This document shows, in pieces, positions 18,190-28,237 of a stretch of 64,000 nt of DNA (the first letter of the stretch is position 1; each line of letters begins with the position of its first letter). The DNA is from Alphaproteobacteria bacterium. GTDB taxonomy: Bacteria; Pseudomonadota; Alphaproteobacteria; UBA828. A model generated the notes under the pieces. That model was not told the origin of the DNA and did not search any database. It worked only from the letters and a program-made list of their open reading frames with translations. The stretch is taken from NCBI GenBank assembly GCA_965237415.1, contig CBDEFM010000002.1:384001-448000 (forward strand), given 5' to 3'. A program made the position numbers and the translations under genes.

Positions 18190-19470
18190 CTATTCGGCGA
18201 TCTTGCCGTCCTTGATGAGCAGCTCGCGAAGCTCCCTCTGGGCATCGGCCATGGCCTCGGGAATCGGCTTCTCGCCGATCGCGGCCAGGTTCAGCTCGCG
18301 GCCCACTTCTTCGACAAACTCGGTCGTGTAGGTGAAGACCGGGAAGTCCTGTGTGCCGGCAAGGATCTCGCCGAGGATCGGGTAGTAGGGACGCGCCGCC
18401 ACCACATCGGGATCCGTGAAGATCGGCGCCTGTGTCGGAGCCCCGCCGAGCAGAGCGCGCCGCTTGGCGATCTCAGCCGATTCGGCCCACTTGATGAAGG
18501 TCCATGCGGCTTCCACGTTCGGGCTCGAATTGGGAATGGCCCAGCCCCAGCCGCCGTTCAGGCCACCGCCCGGATTGGGCGCGATGCCGACCTTTCCGGC
18601 CACCGTCGAGGATTCGGGATCCTCGAAACCGGCATAGAGAATATTGAAGGTGACGAAGCTGTAGGCCCTGCCCTGCGCCATGACATTGAAGGCCTCGTCG
18701 AAGCAGTAGGCTTCCGAACCGGCCGGGCTGTAGTTCACCACGGCGTCGCGGTAGTACTCCATGGCCCGAATGGCCTCGGGGCTGTCCAGCAGGGGATTCC
18801 AGTTCTCATCGTGATAGCGGCCTCCCTGGGAATAGAGATAGTTCGCCCACTGCATCGAGATGCAGTCGCCGCGCTGGCCCTGAATGACGGTTCCGTAGAA
18901 GTCGCGCTGGCCGTCGCCGTCGTTGTCGCGCGTGAAGAATTGGACCTGCTTCCAGTATTCGTCCCAGGTCTCGGGGACCCTGAGATCGATTCCGTATTTC
19001 TCCTTGAAGGCCGCCTGTTCCGCGGGATCGTCGATCAGGTCCTGGCGATAGATCACGGCCATCGAATAGTTGTAGAACGGCAGCATGTAGAGCACGCCGT
19101 CGACACGCCCGACCAGATCCATGAGCTTGGGGACGTACACGTCGACATCGACACTGTCGCGGGTGGCGAGATCATCCAGCGGCATCAGCCAGCCCGCCTT
19201 GGTGAATTCACCGACCCAGTAGAAGTCGACGACGATCAGGTCGTAGCTTCCCTGGGGTGAGATAAGCTGCGGCACCAGCTTCGAGTGCATGTCGATATAG
19301 CTGATAGCCTCGATCTCCACATCGATGCCCGATGCTTCCTCGAATTCCGGCAGCAGTTCCTGGATGTAACGCGTGTCCGGCACCGTTTCCATCAGAATGC
19401 GAATGGTTTCCGCCTTTGCCACGCTCGCAAAGAGCATGGTTGCGGCAGCAAACGCGATCAGCAACCTCAT
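18190..19470 (-). CDS. Carbohydrate ABC transporter substrate-binding protein
   Basis: Signal peptide MRLLIAFAAA...AKA; GGAGGA RBS; PETWDE, GGWGWAI, AWTFIKW. Confidence 0.9.
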   Translation of the reverse strand: MRLLIAFAAATMLFASVAKAETIRILMETVPDTRYIQELLPEFEEASGIDVEIEAISYIDMHSKLVPQLISPQGSYDLIVVDFYWVGEFTKAGWLMPLDDLATRDSVDVDVYVPKLMDLVGRVDGVLYMLPFYNYSMAVIYRQDLIDDPAEQAAFKEKYGIDLRVPETWDEYWKQVQFFTRDNDGDGQRDFYGTVIQGQRGDCISMQWANYLYSQGGRYHDENWNPLLDSPEAIRAMEYYRDAVVNYSPAGSEAYCFDEAFNVMAQGRAYSFVTFNILYAGFEDPESSTVAGKVGIAPNPGGGLNGGWGWAIPNSSPNVEAAWTFIKWAESAEIAKRRALLGGAPTQAPIFTDPDVVAARPYYPILGEILAGTQDFPVFTYTTEFVEEVGRELNLAAIGEKPIPEAMADAQRELRELLIKDGKIAE

Positions 19471-19549
19471 GTTGATCCTCCCTTGATGTGGAGCCGTGCT
19501 CCTCCGGTTGTTGCTCCGGGCCAGCGGCTCCGGAGCGCGGGGTGCCGTG

Positions 19550-20464
19550 TTATTTGAGTGCACCCAGTGAAAGTCCCTTGATCAGATACCGCTTCATGAA
19601 GGGCAGTAGAACGAAGACCGGCAGGATCGCGCAAATTGTCGCCGCCGACAAAAGAGAGATGTCGACGCCGCGGTGAGTCTGGAAGGACGACAGCCCGACA
19701 GGAAGGGTATTGGTCTGCGGACCGCTGAGGATCAGCGCGAACAGGAATTCGTTCCAGCTCAGGATGAAGGAGAGAAGGCCGGCGGCCAGAATCCCGGGTG
19801 CCGCCACGGGCAGCGTGATGCGCAAGAAAGTTTGAAGGCGCGTCGCGCCGTCGACACGTGCCGCCTGCTCCACGAGGGCGATGTTCGTGTCGAAGAACGC
19901 CACCAGTAGCCAAGCCAAGAACGGCAGGCTGATGGTCAGGTGCGCGACGATGAGGCCGGGCAAGCTGTTGAGCAGCGAGGCCTTGAGAAACAGCGTGAAC
20001 AGCGGCAGGACCAGAATGACCGGAGGCAGCATCTGGCTCGAAAGCACAACTAGGCGCAGGGTCATGCCGCCGGTATTGTAGCGGGCGAAGGCATAGGCGA
20101 TGGCAGCGGCGAGCGGCAGAGCGACGACGGTCGTGCCGAAGGCCACTGTCACACTGTTGAGGAAATAGTTGAAGAAGGGATATCCGGTAAAGATCTCGAC
20201 AAAGTTTCCGATACTTGCCTGGCCCCATTCCGGTGGAATCTTGTACGCCGTCATCTTGTCGGTGAGCGCCACGCGGAGCAGCCACAGCAGCGGCAGAAGT
20301 ATGGCTGCGCTGAACGTGATGAGAACGGCATGCGGCAGGAACCGGGCGACCAAGCGTTTGACTCGCCGCGACGCCGCGGGCCGACGACGCATCAACGGCA
20401 CCGTCCTTTCGCGGCCTTCGGGCGAGAGCTGTCCGGCGGTCCCTTCATCCTCCCTTACGACCAT
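19550..20464 (-). CDS. Carbohydrate ABC transporter permease (MalG-like)
   Basis: EQAARVDGAT loop; SWNEFLFALIL; start uncertain. Confidence 0.9.
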   Translation of the reverse strand: MVVREDEGTAGQLSPEGRERTVPLMRRRPAASRRVKRLVARFLPHAVLITFSAAILLPLLWLLRVALTDKMTAYKIPPEWGQASIGNFVEIFTGYPFFNYFLNSVTVAFGTTVVALPLAAAIAYAFARYNTGGMTLRLVVLSSQMLPPVILVLPLFTLFLKASLLNSLPGLIVAHLTISLPFLAWLLVAFFDTNIALVEQAARVDGATRLQTFLRITLPVAAPGILAAGLLSFILSWNEFLFALILSGPQTNTLPVGLSSFQTHRGVDISLLSAATICAILPVFVLLPFMKRYLIKGLSLGALK

Positions 20465-20743
20465 CGCCTATTAGCGGCCTGGAATTCCGCCGACGGGGCA
20501 ACCGCGCCTGTCGCGTCAGTTAACAGAATTCGCAATGCCATATCCAGCGGCAATCAACGGCCTGGTGCCCTTGTTGACGGTGGAGCGATCGCGCGCCGCG
20601 CGCGTCGGTCGGGTGATCCGGTCGCGGCGGCGCGCTGAACCCGGTCGACCGCGTTCGCAGGGGACCCTAGAGCGACGCAGGCCGTGACCCAGATCAGAAT
20701 TCCGGGCTAGGCTGTCGGTCACAATTTTGCAGGATCGCGGCCC

Positions 20744-21400
20744 ATGCTGACCTTCACCGAGGAAATTCTTCTCCTGTTGCTGGACGACAAGGACGGCTCG
20801 TTCGTGCCGATCCCGAAGGTCAATCTGGGGTGTGCCATCGGCGGCGCCGTGTTGATGGATCTGGCCTTCGCCTATCGGATCGACACCGACCCTGAATCGC
20901 TTGTGGTCAACGACCGGACACCCACCGGGAATCCCATACTCGACCCCACCCTGGCGAAAATCGCGGCGCAAGAGCAGCCGACGAACACAAGGACCTGGAT
21001 CAGGGAGCTCTCCGTTGAAGATGCGCCCGCCATTCGCGAGCAAGCGCTGCAAAGCCTTGTGGCGCGCGGCATTGTCGTGCAGCGCGAAGCGAGGGTGATG
21101 TGGGCCTTCCGCGCCCGCCGCTATCCCACCATCGACGGCAACGCGGAGCAGGAGGTCAAGCTGCGGATCGGGGACGTCCTGCTCTCGGACGATATTCCCG
21201 ACCCCCGCGATGTCGCCCTGATCGGCCTGGTAGATGCGTGCGACATTCTCCGCGAAATCTTCCCCGACAGGGACATGGAACAGTGCCGCCCGCGCATCGA
21301 CCAGCTGCGCAAGATGGATCTGATCGGCCGCGAGCTGGCCCAGGCGATCGCCGATATCGAGCGCACCGTCATGATGTCCCTCTCGGGAGCACCTTACTGA
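20744..21400 (+). CDS. GPP34 (GOLPH3/VPS74) family protein
   Basis: LTFTEEILLLLLDD..G, GAVLMDLA...RI, PTG.PILD, LV.RG, RRYP, PRDVALIGL. Confidence 0.85.
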   Translation: MLTFTEEILLLLLDDKDGSFVPIPKVNLGCAIGGAVLMDLAFAYRIDTDPESLVVNDRTPTGNPILDPTLAKIAAQEQPTNTRTWIRELSVEDAPAIREQALQSLVARGIVVQREARVMWAFRARRYPTIDGNAEQEVKLRIGDVLLSDDIPDPRDVALIGLVDACDILREIFPDRDMEQCRPRIDQLRKMDLIGRELAQAIADIERTVMMSLSGAPY

Positions 21401-21412
21401 GGAAGATCGGCC

Positions 21413-22267
21413 ATGATCCTGTTGACCGGAGCGACCGGGACGACCGGGACCCCCACCGTCGCCCAGCTGCGCGCGATGAACCGGCCCTTCCGCATCATGA
21501 GCCGCGACGTGGCGCGCGCCAGGCGGCAATGCGGCGAGGACCTCGACTATGTCGAGGGCGACTTCGCCGAGCCCCGGAGCCTCGACGCCGCGTTCGAGGG
21601 GATCACCTGCCTCTCGCTGCTCTGTGCCTTCTCCGAATCGATGGTCGAACTCGAGCTCAACGCGGTCGAGGCGGCCAAGCGGGCAGGCGTCCGCCGCATT
21701 GTCAAAATGTCGGCGATCAAGGCCGCGCCCGACGCGCCGACTACGATCCGCCGCTGGCACGGGGAGATCGAGCAGCGCATCAACCGATCGGGCATCGCCT
21801 ACACCCACCTCTGGCCCAACGCCTTCATGCAGAATTTCAGGCGCTTCGCGCCCCTCATCAAGGAGCGGGGAGAGTTCTACGCGCCGGTGGGCGACGCCAG
21901 GATATCGCTGGTGGAGATCGAGGACGTGGCCGCGGTGACGGTCGCGGCGCTGGTCGAGGACGGGCACGAGGGCGAGACCTACGAGATCACGGGGCCGGAG
22001 GCGATCTCCTACGCCGAGTGCGCGGCCATCCTCTCCGACGTCCTGGGCAAGCCCGTGCGCTACGTCTCCGTCAGCGATGACGAGGCTCGGCGCGCGCTAG
22101 GCGCGGCCGGCATCGTGCCCAAGGCGGCGCATGCGCTGGTCGAAATCGACGGCCTGTTCCGCGAGGGCTTCGGCGCGCCGGTGACCGACGTGGTCGAGCG
22201 GCTGACGGGGCGGGCACCCCGCGATTTCCGCACCTTCGCCCGCGAGAATGCGGCACTCTTCGGTTGA
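21413..22267 (+). CDS. NmrA-like/atypical SDR NAD(P)H-binding protein
   Basis: MILLTGATGTTG, AGVRRIVKMS, PNAFMQN, YEITGPEA. Confidence 0.88.
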   Translation: MILLTGATGTTGTPTVAQLRAMNRPFRIMSRDVARARRQCGEDLDYVEGDFAEPRSLDAAFEGITCLSLLCAFSESMVELELNAVEAAKRAGVRRIVKMSAIKAAPDAPTTIRRWHGEIEQRINRSGIAYTHLWPNAFMQNFRRFAPLIKERGEFYAPVGDARISLVEIEDVAAVTVAALVEDGHEGETYEITGPEAISYAECAAILSDVLGKPVRYVSVSDDEARRALGAAGIVPKAAHALVEIDGLFREGFGAPVTDVVERLTGRAPRDFRTFARENAALFG

Positions 22268-22315
22268 GACGGCGGACCCGGCGGCGGGCTTTCTGAGAAC
22301 GGGGCCTATCAGGCA

Positions 22316-23197
22316 ATGGTGATAGCGACGGAGAGGCGGCACGCCGGAGCGCGAAGGGCAACGATGAAGCGACTGGTCCGAAGGGTCTTGCCCACAAGGG
22401 TAGAAAACGCAGCTCGTATCGGACGAGACCGCATGGTTCTGCGCAGAGTGCCGATCGCCGACGCGATTGAAACGACCGCGCTTCCGGAGGCGGCCACCCT
22501 GTCAATTCCGGCGCTGTTGAGCGGCGACGATATCGATCGCGAATGGGACGGAGCGCGGAGGGAGATCGGAGAGGTCTTCGGATACGTGAACAGGGACGGT
22601 GCCTTGAGTCCATTGGGCTGTCGGGCGGTGTGGTATCTGATCCGCCGGCTGGAACCGCGATCGGTTATGGAAATAGGCACCCATGTCGGCGGATCGACGT
22701 TGCATGTCGCGATGGCGCTGAGGGCGCGTTCAACGACGGCTCGCCTGGTCACCGTCGACCGCTACGATGTCAATGACGACGCCGGCCCCTGGAAAGATTG
22801 CGGCCTTGCCAATTCCCCCAAGGATATGATCGCGCGGCTCGGCTGCGCCGATGTGGTCGAGTTCGCTTCCGCGATGTCGCTCGATTATCTCTCCGGCCGC
22901 GAAGCGGAGTTCGACTTCATCTTCCTGGACGGTAGCCACAGGGCGGACATCGTGTATCGCGAGATTCCGCTCGCTCTCCAGGCGCTGCGTCCGGGCGGAC
23001 ATGTGCTGTTGCACGATTACTTCCCCTGCCTAAAGCCGCTCTGGACCAACGGCAGGGTCATCCCCGGACCTTGCCTCGCCGTTGAGCGCCTGCGCCGTGA
23101 GGGCGTCGGCTTGACCGTAGTGCCCTTTGGGGCGTTGCCCTGGCCGACAAAGTCGGGATCGACCGTCACCTCCTTGGCGCTTCTGGCGCGGGAGTAG
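22316..23197 (+). CDS. Class I SAM-dependent methyltransferase
   Basis: VMEIGTHVGGST, FDFIFLDGSH, LRPGG.VLLHD; true start may be at MKRLVRR (22363). Confidence 0.83.
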   Translation: MVIATERRHAGARRATMKRLVRRVLPTRVENAARIGRDRMVLRRVPIADAIETTALPEAATLSIPALLSGDDIDREWDGARREIGEVFGYVNRDGALSPLGCRAVWYLIRRLEPRSVMEIGTHVGGSTLHVAMALRARSTTARLVTVDRYDVNDDAGPWKDCGLANSPKDMIARLGCADVVEFASAMSLDYLSGREAEFDFIFLDGSHRADIVYREIPLALQALRPGGHVLLHDYFPCLKPLWTNGRVIPGPCLAVERLRREGVGLTVVPFGALPWPTKSGSTVTSLALLARE

Positions 23198-23267
23198 GGC
23201 CGATGGCTCGGGCTCGCGCGGAGAGGGCACAGAGCGGATCAGCAGCAGGAGAACGGCGGGACGTGCA

Positions 23268-24177
23268 ATGACCGACACCCCCTATCCCCGCGACATGGTG
23301 GGCTATGGCCGCAACCGACCCCATCCCCGCTGGCCGGGCGAGGCGCGCATCGCCGTCCAGTTCGTCATCAATTACGAGGAGGGCGCCGAGAACAGCGTGC
23401 TCCACGGCGATGCGGGCTCGGAGACGCTGCTCACGGAGTTCGGCTTCGTCGAGCCCCGCATCGGCGAGCGCGCTGCCCATCGAATCGATGTACGAGTTCG
23501 GCAGCCGCGTCGGCTTCTGGCGCCTCCATCGCCTGTTCACCGAGCGCGCGGTGCCGGTCACGGTCTTCGGTGTCGCCATGGCGCTCCAACGCAATCCCGA
23601 CGCGGTCGCTGCGATGGTGGAGGCGGAGTGGGAGATCGCGAGCCACGGCTATCGCTGGATCGACTATCACGCCGTGCCCGAGGCCGAGGAGCGCGCCCAT
23701 ATCGAGAAGGTGATCGCGATCCAGACCGCGCTCACGGGCACGCGCCCGCTCGGCTACTTCCTCGGCCGGCGCAGCCCACGCACTGTACGCCTCGTGGCGG
23801 AGGAGGGCGGCTTCCTCTACAGCCAGGATTCCTACGCCGACGAGCTGCCCTACTGGGTCGAGGAGGCCGGCCGGCGCCTGCTGATGATCCCCTACACGGC
23901 GGACCACAACGACCACCGCTTCGCGACCGCGCCGGGCTTCGACTGGGGCGAGCCCTTCTTCGCCTACCTGCGCGATGCCTTCGATGTGCTCTACGAGGAG
24001 GGCGCTTCGCTGCCCGGCATGATGAGCATCGGCCTGCACAGCCGCCTTGTCGGCCGGCCCGGCCGCTTCGCCGCGCTCCGCCGCTTCGTCGACCACGTGC
24101 TCGCCCACGACCGGGTCTGGCTCTGCCGCGGCATCGACATCGCCCGCCACTGGCGGAGCCGGGAGGACGCCCCTTAG
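23268..24177 (+). pseudogene. puuE: PuuE-type allantoinase (polysaccharide deacetylase family), frameshifted near 23470
   Basis: YPRDMVGYG..P.P.WP..ARIAVQFVINYEEG in one frame; ESMYEFGSRVGFWRL, SHGYRW, DELPYW, MMSIGLH.RLVGRPGR in another. Confidence 0.8.
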
Positions 24178-24187
24178 GGCACTCGCT

Positions 24188-24745
24188 CCGGACCATGGTG
24201 TGGTGCACGGCGCGCGGCGGCTGCGTCAGCATCGCGCCATGCGGTGCATCGGATTTCGGACCGCAGCTGGAGGGGGGCCGGAGAGCCCGATGCCTCCATT
24301 GCGTCATGGCCGGACTTGTTCCGGCCATCCACGTCGCGCACGCCCGAAGGGTCGCGCGCGTGGAATGTAGCCAGCCACCTACAGGCGGAGCCTGATGAGA
24401 AAGATGCCCGGAACAAGTCCGGGCATGACGGCGTGAGAGAATGACTGGCGCAGAAGGAGCGTGGACCGACCCTATTCGCGCAGCCACGATTTTGTACCGC
24501 CCGCGAGATCGCTCATGCGCCCACGACCTTGTCTACCGCCCGCAGAACCTTATTGCCGCGCCCGCGACCTTTCAGGCGCGGGCGACACGCGCGTGCGGGA
24601 CATCCCACTTATCCCACTTAATCCCACTTTGTCCCGCTTTATCCCGCCGAATCCCAGAAGACATTGAGGCCACCGGTCCCACCGCGCCCGCGCGCGTCGG
24701 CGGAAGGCGCGCAGGCCGTGGTCGCCGCGAGAGTTCCGGGCTAGG
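24188..24745. repeat. Composite intergenic repeat sharing modules with the 52752-53124 element
   Basis: CCGGACCATGGTG...ATCGCGCCATG (24188-24241), ~20-bp units ending GACC (24511-24587), TCCCACTTA tandem (24602-24655), end GAGTTCCGGGCTAGG (24731-24745). Confidence 0.7.
24302..24430. repeat. Palindromic repeat element (alphaproteobacterial RPE/REP-like)
   Basis: CGTCATGGCCGGACTTGTTCCGGCCATC ... GATGCCCGGAACAAGTCCGGGCATGACG inverted arms; second copy at 57529-57622. Confidence 0.85.
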
Positions 24746-24788
24746 ATCGCGCGCTTCGGCGATAACCACGATCTCAGGTGCGCGCTCC

Positions 24789-26126
24789 ATGACCCTCGAC
24801 GACATCAACTATCCCGAGAAGCCCAACGATCTGGAAGCCTTCTGGATGCCGTTCACGGCAAACAAGGGCTTCAAGCAGAAGCCGCGCCTGCTGACGCGCG
24901 CCAAGGGCATGCACTACATGACGCCGGACGGCCGCGAGATCCTGGACGGGACCGCGGGGCTCTGGTGCTGCAACGCAGGCCACGGGCACGAGAAGATCGT
25001 GGCAGCGATCAAGGCGCAGGCCGAGCGCATGGACTTCGCGCCCACCTTCCAGCTGGGCCATCCGGCCGCCTTCGAGCTCGCCAACCGGCTGGTCGATCTT
25101 GCGCCCGGCGATCTCGACCACGTGTTCTTCACCAACTCGGGCTCGGAATCGGCCGACACCGCGCTCAAGATCGCGCTCGGCTATCACTATGTGCGGGGCA
25201 AGGGCTCGAAGACCCGGCTGATCGGGCGCGAGCGCGGCTATCACGGCACCAATTTCGGCGGCACCTCCGTGGGCGGGATCGTCAAGAACCGCATGTTCTA
25301 CGGCGGCCTGCTCTCCGGCGTGGATCATATCCGCCACACCCATGACCTGGAGCACCAGGCCTTCAGCCGCGGCGAGCCGGAGTGGGGCGCGCATCTGGCG
25401 GACGACCTGGAGCGGCTGGCGGCGCTGCACGACCCCTCCACCATCGCCGCGGTGATCGTGGAACCCGTGGCGGGCTCCACCGGCGTCCTCGTGCCGCCCA
25501 AGGGCTACCTGCGTCGGCTCCGCGAGATCTGCGACAAGCACGACATCCTGCTCATCTTCGATGAGGTGATCACCGGCTTCGGGCGTCTCGGTGCGAACTT
25601 TGCGGCCGACTACTTCGACGTGCAGCCGGACATCCTCACCACCGCCAAGGCGCTCACCAACGCGACCGTCCCCATGGGCGCGGTGTTCTGCCGGGGCAAG
25701 ATCTACGACGCCTTCCTCGAGAACACGGCGCAGGGGATCGAGCTCTTCCACGGCTATACCTATTCCGGCCATCCGCTGGCGTCGGCGGCCGGGATCGCGA
25801 CGCTCGATGTCTACCGCGAGGAGGGGCTGTTCGAGCGCGCGGCGGAACTCGCGCCCTATTGGGAGAATGCGCTCTGGTCGCTTAGGGGTGGCCACCACGT
25901 GATCGACCTGCGCAATCTCGGGATCGTCGCCGGTATCGAGCTGGAGCCCCGCCCCGGCGCGCCCACCGCGCGCGCCACCGAGACTTTCCACAAGTGTTTC
26001 GACGAGGGCGTGCTCATCAGGGTCACGGCCGACACGATCGCGCTTTCGCCGCCGCTCATCGTGGAGAAGAACCAGATCGACCGGATCTTCGACACCATCG
26101 GCGGTGTGCTGAAGACGGTGGACTGA
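24789..26126 (+). CDS. Omega-amino acid/beta-alanine--pyruvate aminotransferase (class III PLP)
   Basis: [49 protein letters not shown]. Confidence 0.93.
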   Translation: MTLDDINYPEKPNDLEAFWMPFTANKGFKQKPRLLTRAKGMHYMTPDGREILDGTAGLWCCNAGHGHEKIVAAIKAQAERMDFAPTFQLGHPAAFELANRLVDLAPGDLDHVFFTNSGSESADTALKIALGYHYVRGKGSKTRLIGRERGYHGTNFGGTSVGGIVKNRMFYGGLLSGVDHIRHTHDLEHQAFSRGEPEWGAHLADDLERLAALHDPSTIAAVIVEPVAGSTGVLVPPKGYLRRLREICDKHDILLIFDEVITGFGRLGANFAADYFDVQPDILTTAKALTNATVPMGAVFCRGKIYDAFLENTAQGIELFHGYTYSGHPLASAAGIATLDVYREEGLFERAAELAPYWENALWSLRGGHHVIDLRNLGIVAGIELEPRPGAPTARATETFHKCFDEGVLIRVTADTIALSPPLIVEKNQIDRIFDTIGGVLKTVD

Positions 26127-26157
26127 GCGCACAGGCGGAACACGCGGGGGAAGCAGA

Positions 26158-27363
26158 ATGGCGCAGGCGAAGGCCTATATCGTCGGTACGCTGGACACCA
26201 AGGGCGAGGAGCTTCTCTACATCCGCGATCTGCTGGCGGCGGACGGAGTGCAGTCTTGCGTCGTGGATGTCGGAACCGGCAGCGCCGCCCGGCCGCCCGG
26301 CGTGGACGTGAGCGCGGCCGAGGTCGCCGCCCGCCATCCAGATGGCGCCGATGCGGTGCTCACCCTCGAGGATCGCGGCCAGGCGGTCGCTGCCATGGGC
26401 GAGGCGTTGGCACGCTTCCTGCCGACGTGCGCGGACATCGGCGGCGTGATCGGGGCAGGGGGGTCCGGCAACACCGCGCTCGTCGCCCAGGGGATGCGGT
26501 CGCTCCCCATCGGCGTGCCGAGGGTGCTGGTCTCCACCGTCGCCTCGGGCGACGTCGCCCCCTATGTCGGGCCCAACGACATCACGATGATGTACTCGGT
26601 GGTGGACGTCGCCGGCCTCAATCGCATCTCCCGCGTCGTGCTCGCCAATGCGGCCCATGCGCTCGCCGGCATGATGCAGGGCGCGACACCGGCGGGAGAA
26701 GACAAGCCCGCCATCGGCTTGACCATGTTCGGCGTCACCACGCCCTGCGTCGATCAGGTCCGCGCCGGGCTTGAGGCGCGCTACGACTGCCTGGTGTTCC
26801 ACGCGACCGGCACCGGCGGCCGCTCGATGGAGAAGCTGGTGGATTCCGGCATGGTGCTGGGCTGCATCGACAGCACCACCACCGAGGTGTGCGACCACCT
26901 CATGGGCGGCGTCTTCAGCGCCGGCGAAGACCGGCTCGGCGCCTTCGCGCGCACGGGTCTGCCCTATGTCGGCTCCTGCGGCGCGCTCGACATGGTGAAC
27001 TTTGGCGCGGTCGAGACTGTGCCAGCGCAATACAGCGACCGGACCTTCCATGTGCACAATCCCAATGTCACGCTCATGCGCACGAGCGCGGAAGAGAACG
27101 CGGCGATGGGCGAGTGGATCGGCGGCAAGCTCAACGCCTGCCAGGGGCCGGTGCGCTTCCTGATCCCGGAGAAGGGGGTCTCGCTCATCGACGCGCCGGG
27201 CATGCCGTTCCACGACCCGGACGCCGACGCGGCCCTCTTCGAGGCGCTGGAGCGGACGGTCGAGCAGACCGAGCGCCGCCGCCTGATCCGGCTGCCGCTC
27301 CACATCAACGACGCCGATTTCGCCCAGGCTCTCGTGGAGAGCTGGAACGAGATCGCCGCCTGA
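26158..27363 (+). CDS. Tm-1-like ATP-binding domain protein (UPF0261)
   Basis: [54 protein letters not shown]. Confidence 0.92.
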   Translation: MAQAKAYIVGTLDTKGEELLYIRDLLAADGVQSCVVDVGTGSAARPPGVDVSAAEVAARHPDGADAVLTLEDRGQAVAAMGEALARFLPTCADIGGVIGAGGSGNTALVAQGMRSLPIGVPRVLVSTVASGDVAPYVGPNDITMMYSVVDVAGLNRISRVVLANAAHALAGMMQGATPAGEDKPAIGLTMFGVTTPCVDQVRAGLEARYDCLVFHATGTGGRSMEKLVDSGMVLGCIDSTTTEVCDHLMGGVFSAGEDRLGAFARTGLPYVGSCGALDMVNFGAVETVPAQYSDRTFHVHNPNVTLMRTSAEENAAMGEWIGGKLNACQGPVRFLIPEKGVSLIDAPGMPFHDPDADAALFEALERTVEQTERRRLIRLPLHINDADFAQALVESWNEIAA

Positions 27364-27385
27364 TCCAAACCGAGGGAGACCGCCG

Positions 27386-28216
27386 GTGCCAGGCATCGAC
27401 CGCCGAGCGCTATTGGATAAGTTTCACGGCATGGTCGCCCGCCGCCAGCCGATCATCGGCGGTGGCGCGGGCACCGGGCTCTCGGCCAAGTGCGAGGAAG
27501 CCGGCGGCATCGACCTCATCGTGATCTACAACTCGGGCCGCTACCGCATGGCCGGCCGGGGCTCGCTCGCCGGCCTGCTGGCCTACGGCAACGCCAACGA
27601 GATCGTGAAGGAGATGGCGCACGAGGTGATCCCCGTGGTCAGCCACACGCCGGTGCTCGCCGGCGTCAACGGGACTGACCCCTTCATGGTGCTCGACCGC
27701 TTCTTGGGCGAGCTCAAGTCGCTGGGCTTCTCAGGCGTGCAGAACTTCCCGACCGTCGGGCTGATAGACGGCGTCTTCCGCGCCAACCTCGAAGAGACGG
27801 GCATGGGCTACGGCCTAGAGGTCGACATGATCCGGGCGGCGCACGAGGCCGACCTGCTCACCACGCCCTATGTCTTCTCCGAGGCCGACGCGGTCGCCAT
27901 GGCACACGCCGGCGCCGACATCATCGTCTGCCACATGGGGCTCACGACCAGCGGCACCATCGGCGCGCAGACCGCGAAGTCGCTGGAGGAGTGTGTGCCG
28001 CTCATCGACGCGTGGGCGATGGCGGCCAAGTGGGTGCGCGAGGACGTGATCGTGCTCTGCCACGGCGGGCCCATCGCCTCGCCAGAAGACGCGACCTATG
28101 TCCTGAAGAACGCAAAGCATGTGCACGGCTTCTACGGCGCGAGCAGCATGGAGCGCCTGCCCACCGAGTTCGCCATGACCGCGCAGACAAAGGCCTTCAA
28201 GGCGGTCAGCTTCTGA
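27386..28216 (+). CDS. PEP hydrolase-like TIM-barrel protein (partner of UPF0261)
   Basis: [52 protein letters not shown]; GTG start with GAGGGAG RBS. Confidence 0.92.
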   Translation: MPGIDRRALLDKFHGMVARRQPIIGGGAGTGLSAKCEEAGGIDLIVIYNSGRYRMAGRGSLAGLLAYGNANEIVKEMAHEVIPVVSHTPVLAGVNGTDPFMVLDRFLGELKSLGFSGVQNFPTVGLIDGVFRANLEETGMGYGLEVDMIRAAHEADLLTTPYVFSEADAVAMAHAGADIIVCHMGLTTSGTIGAQTAKSLEECVPLIDAWAMAAKWVREDVIVLCHGGPIASPEDATYVLKNAKHVHGFYGASSMERLPTEFAMTAQTKAFKAVSF

Positions 28217-28237
28217 CGCGTCTGTGGGGTAGGGGCC

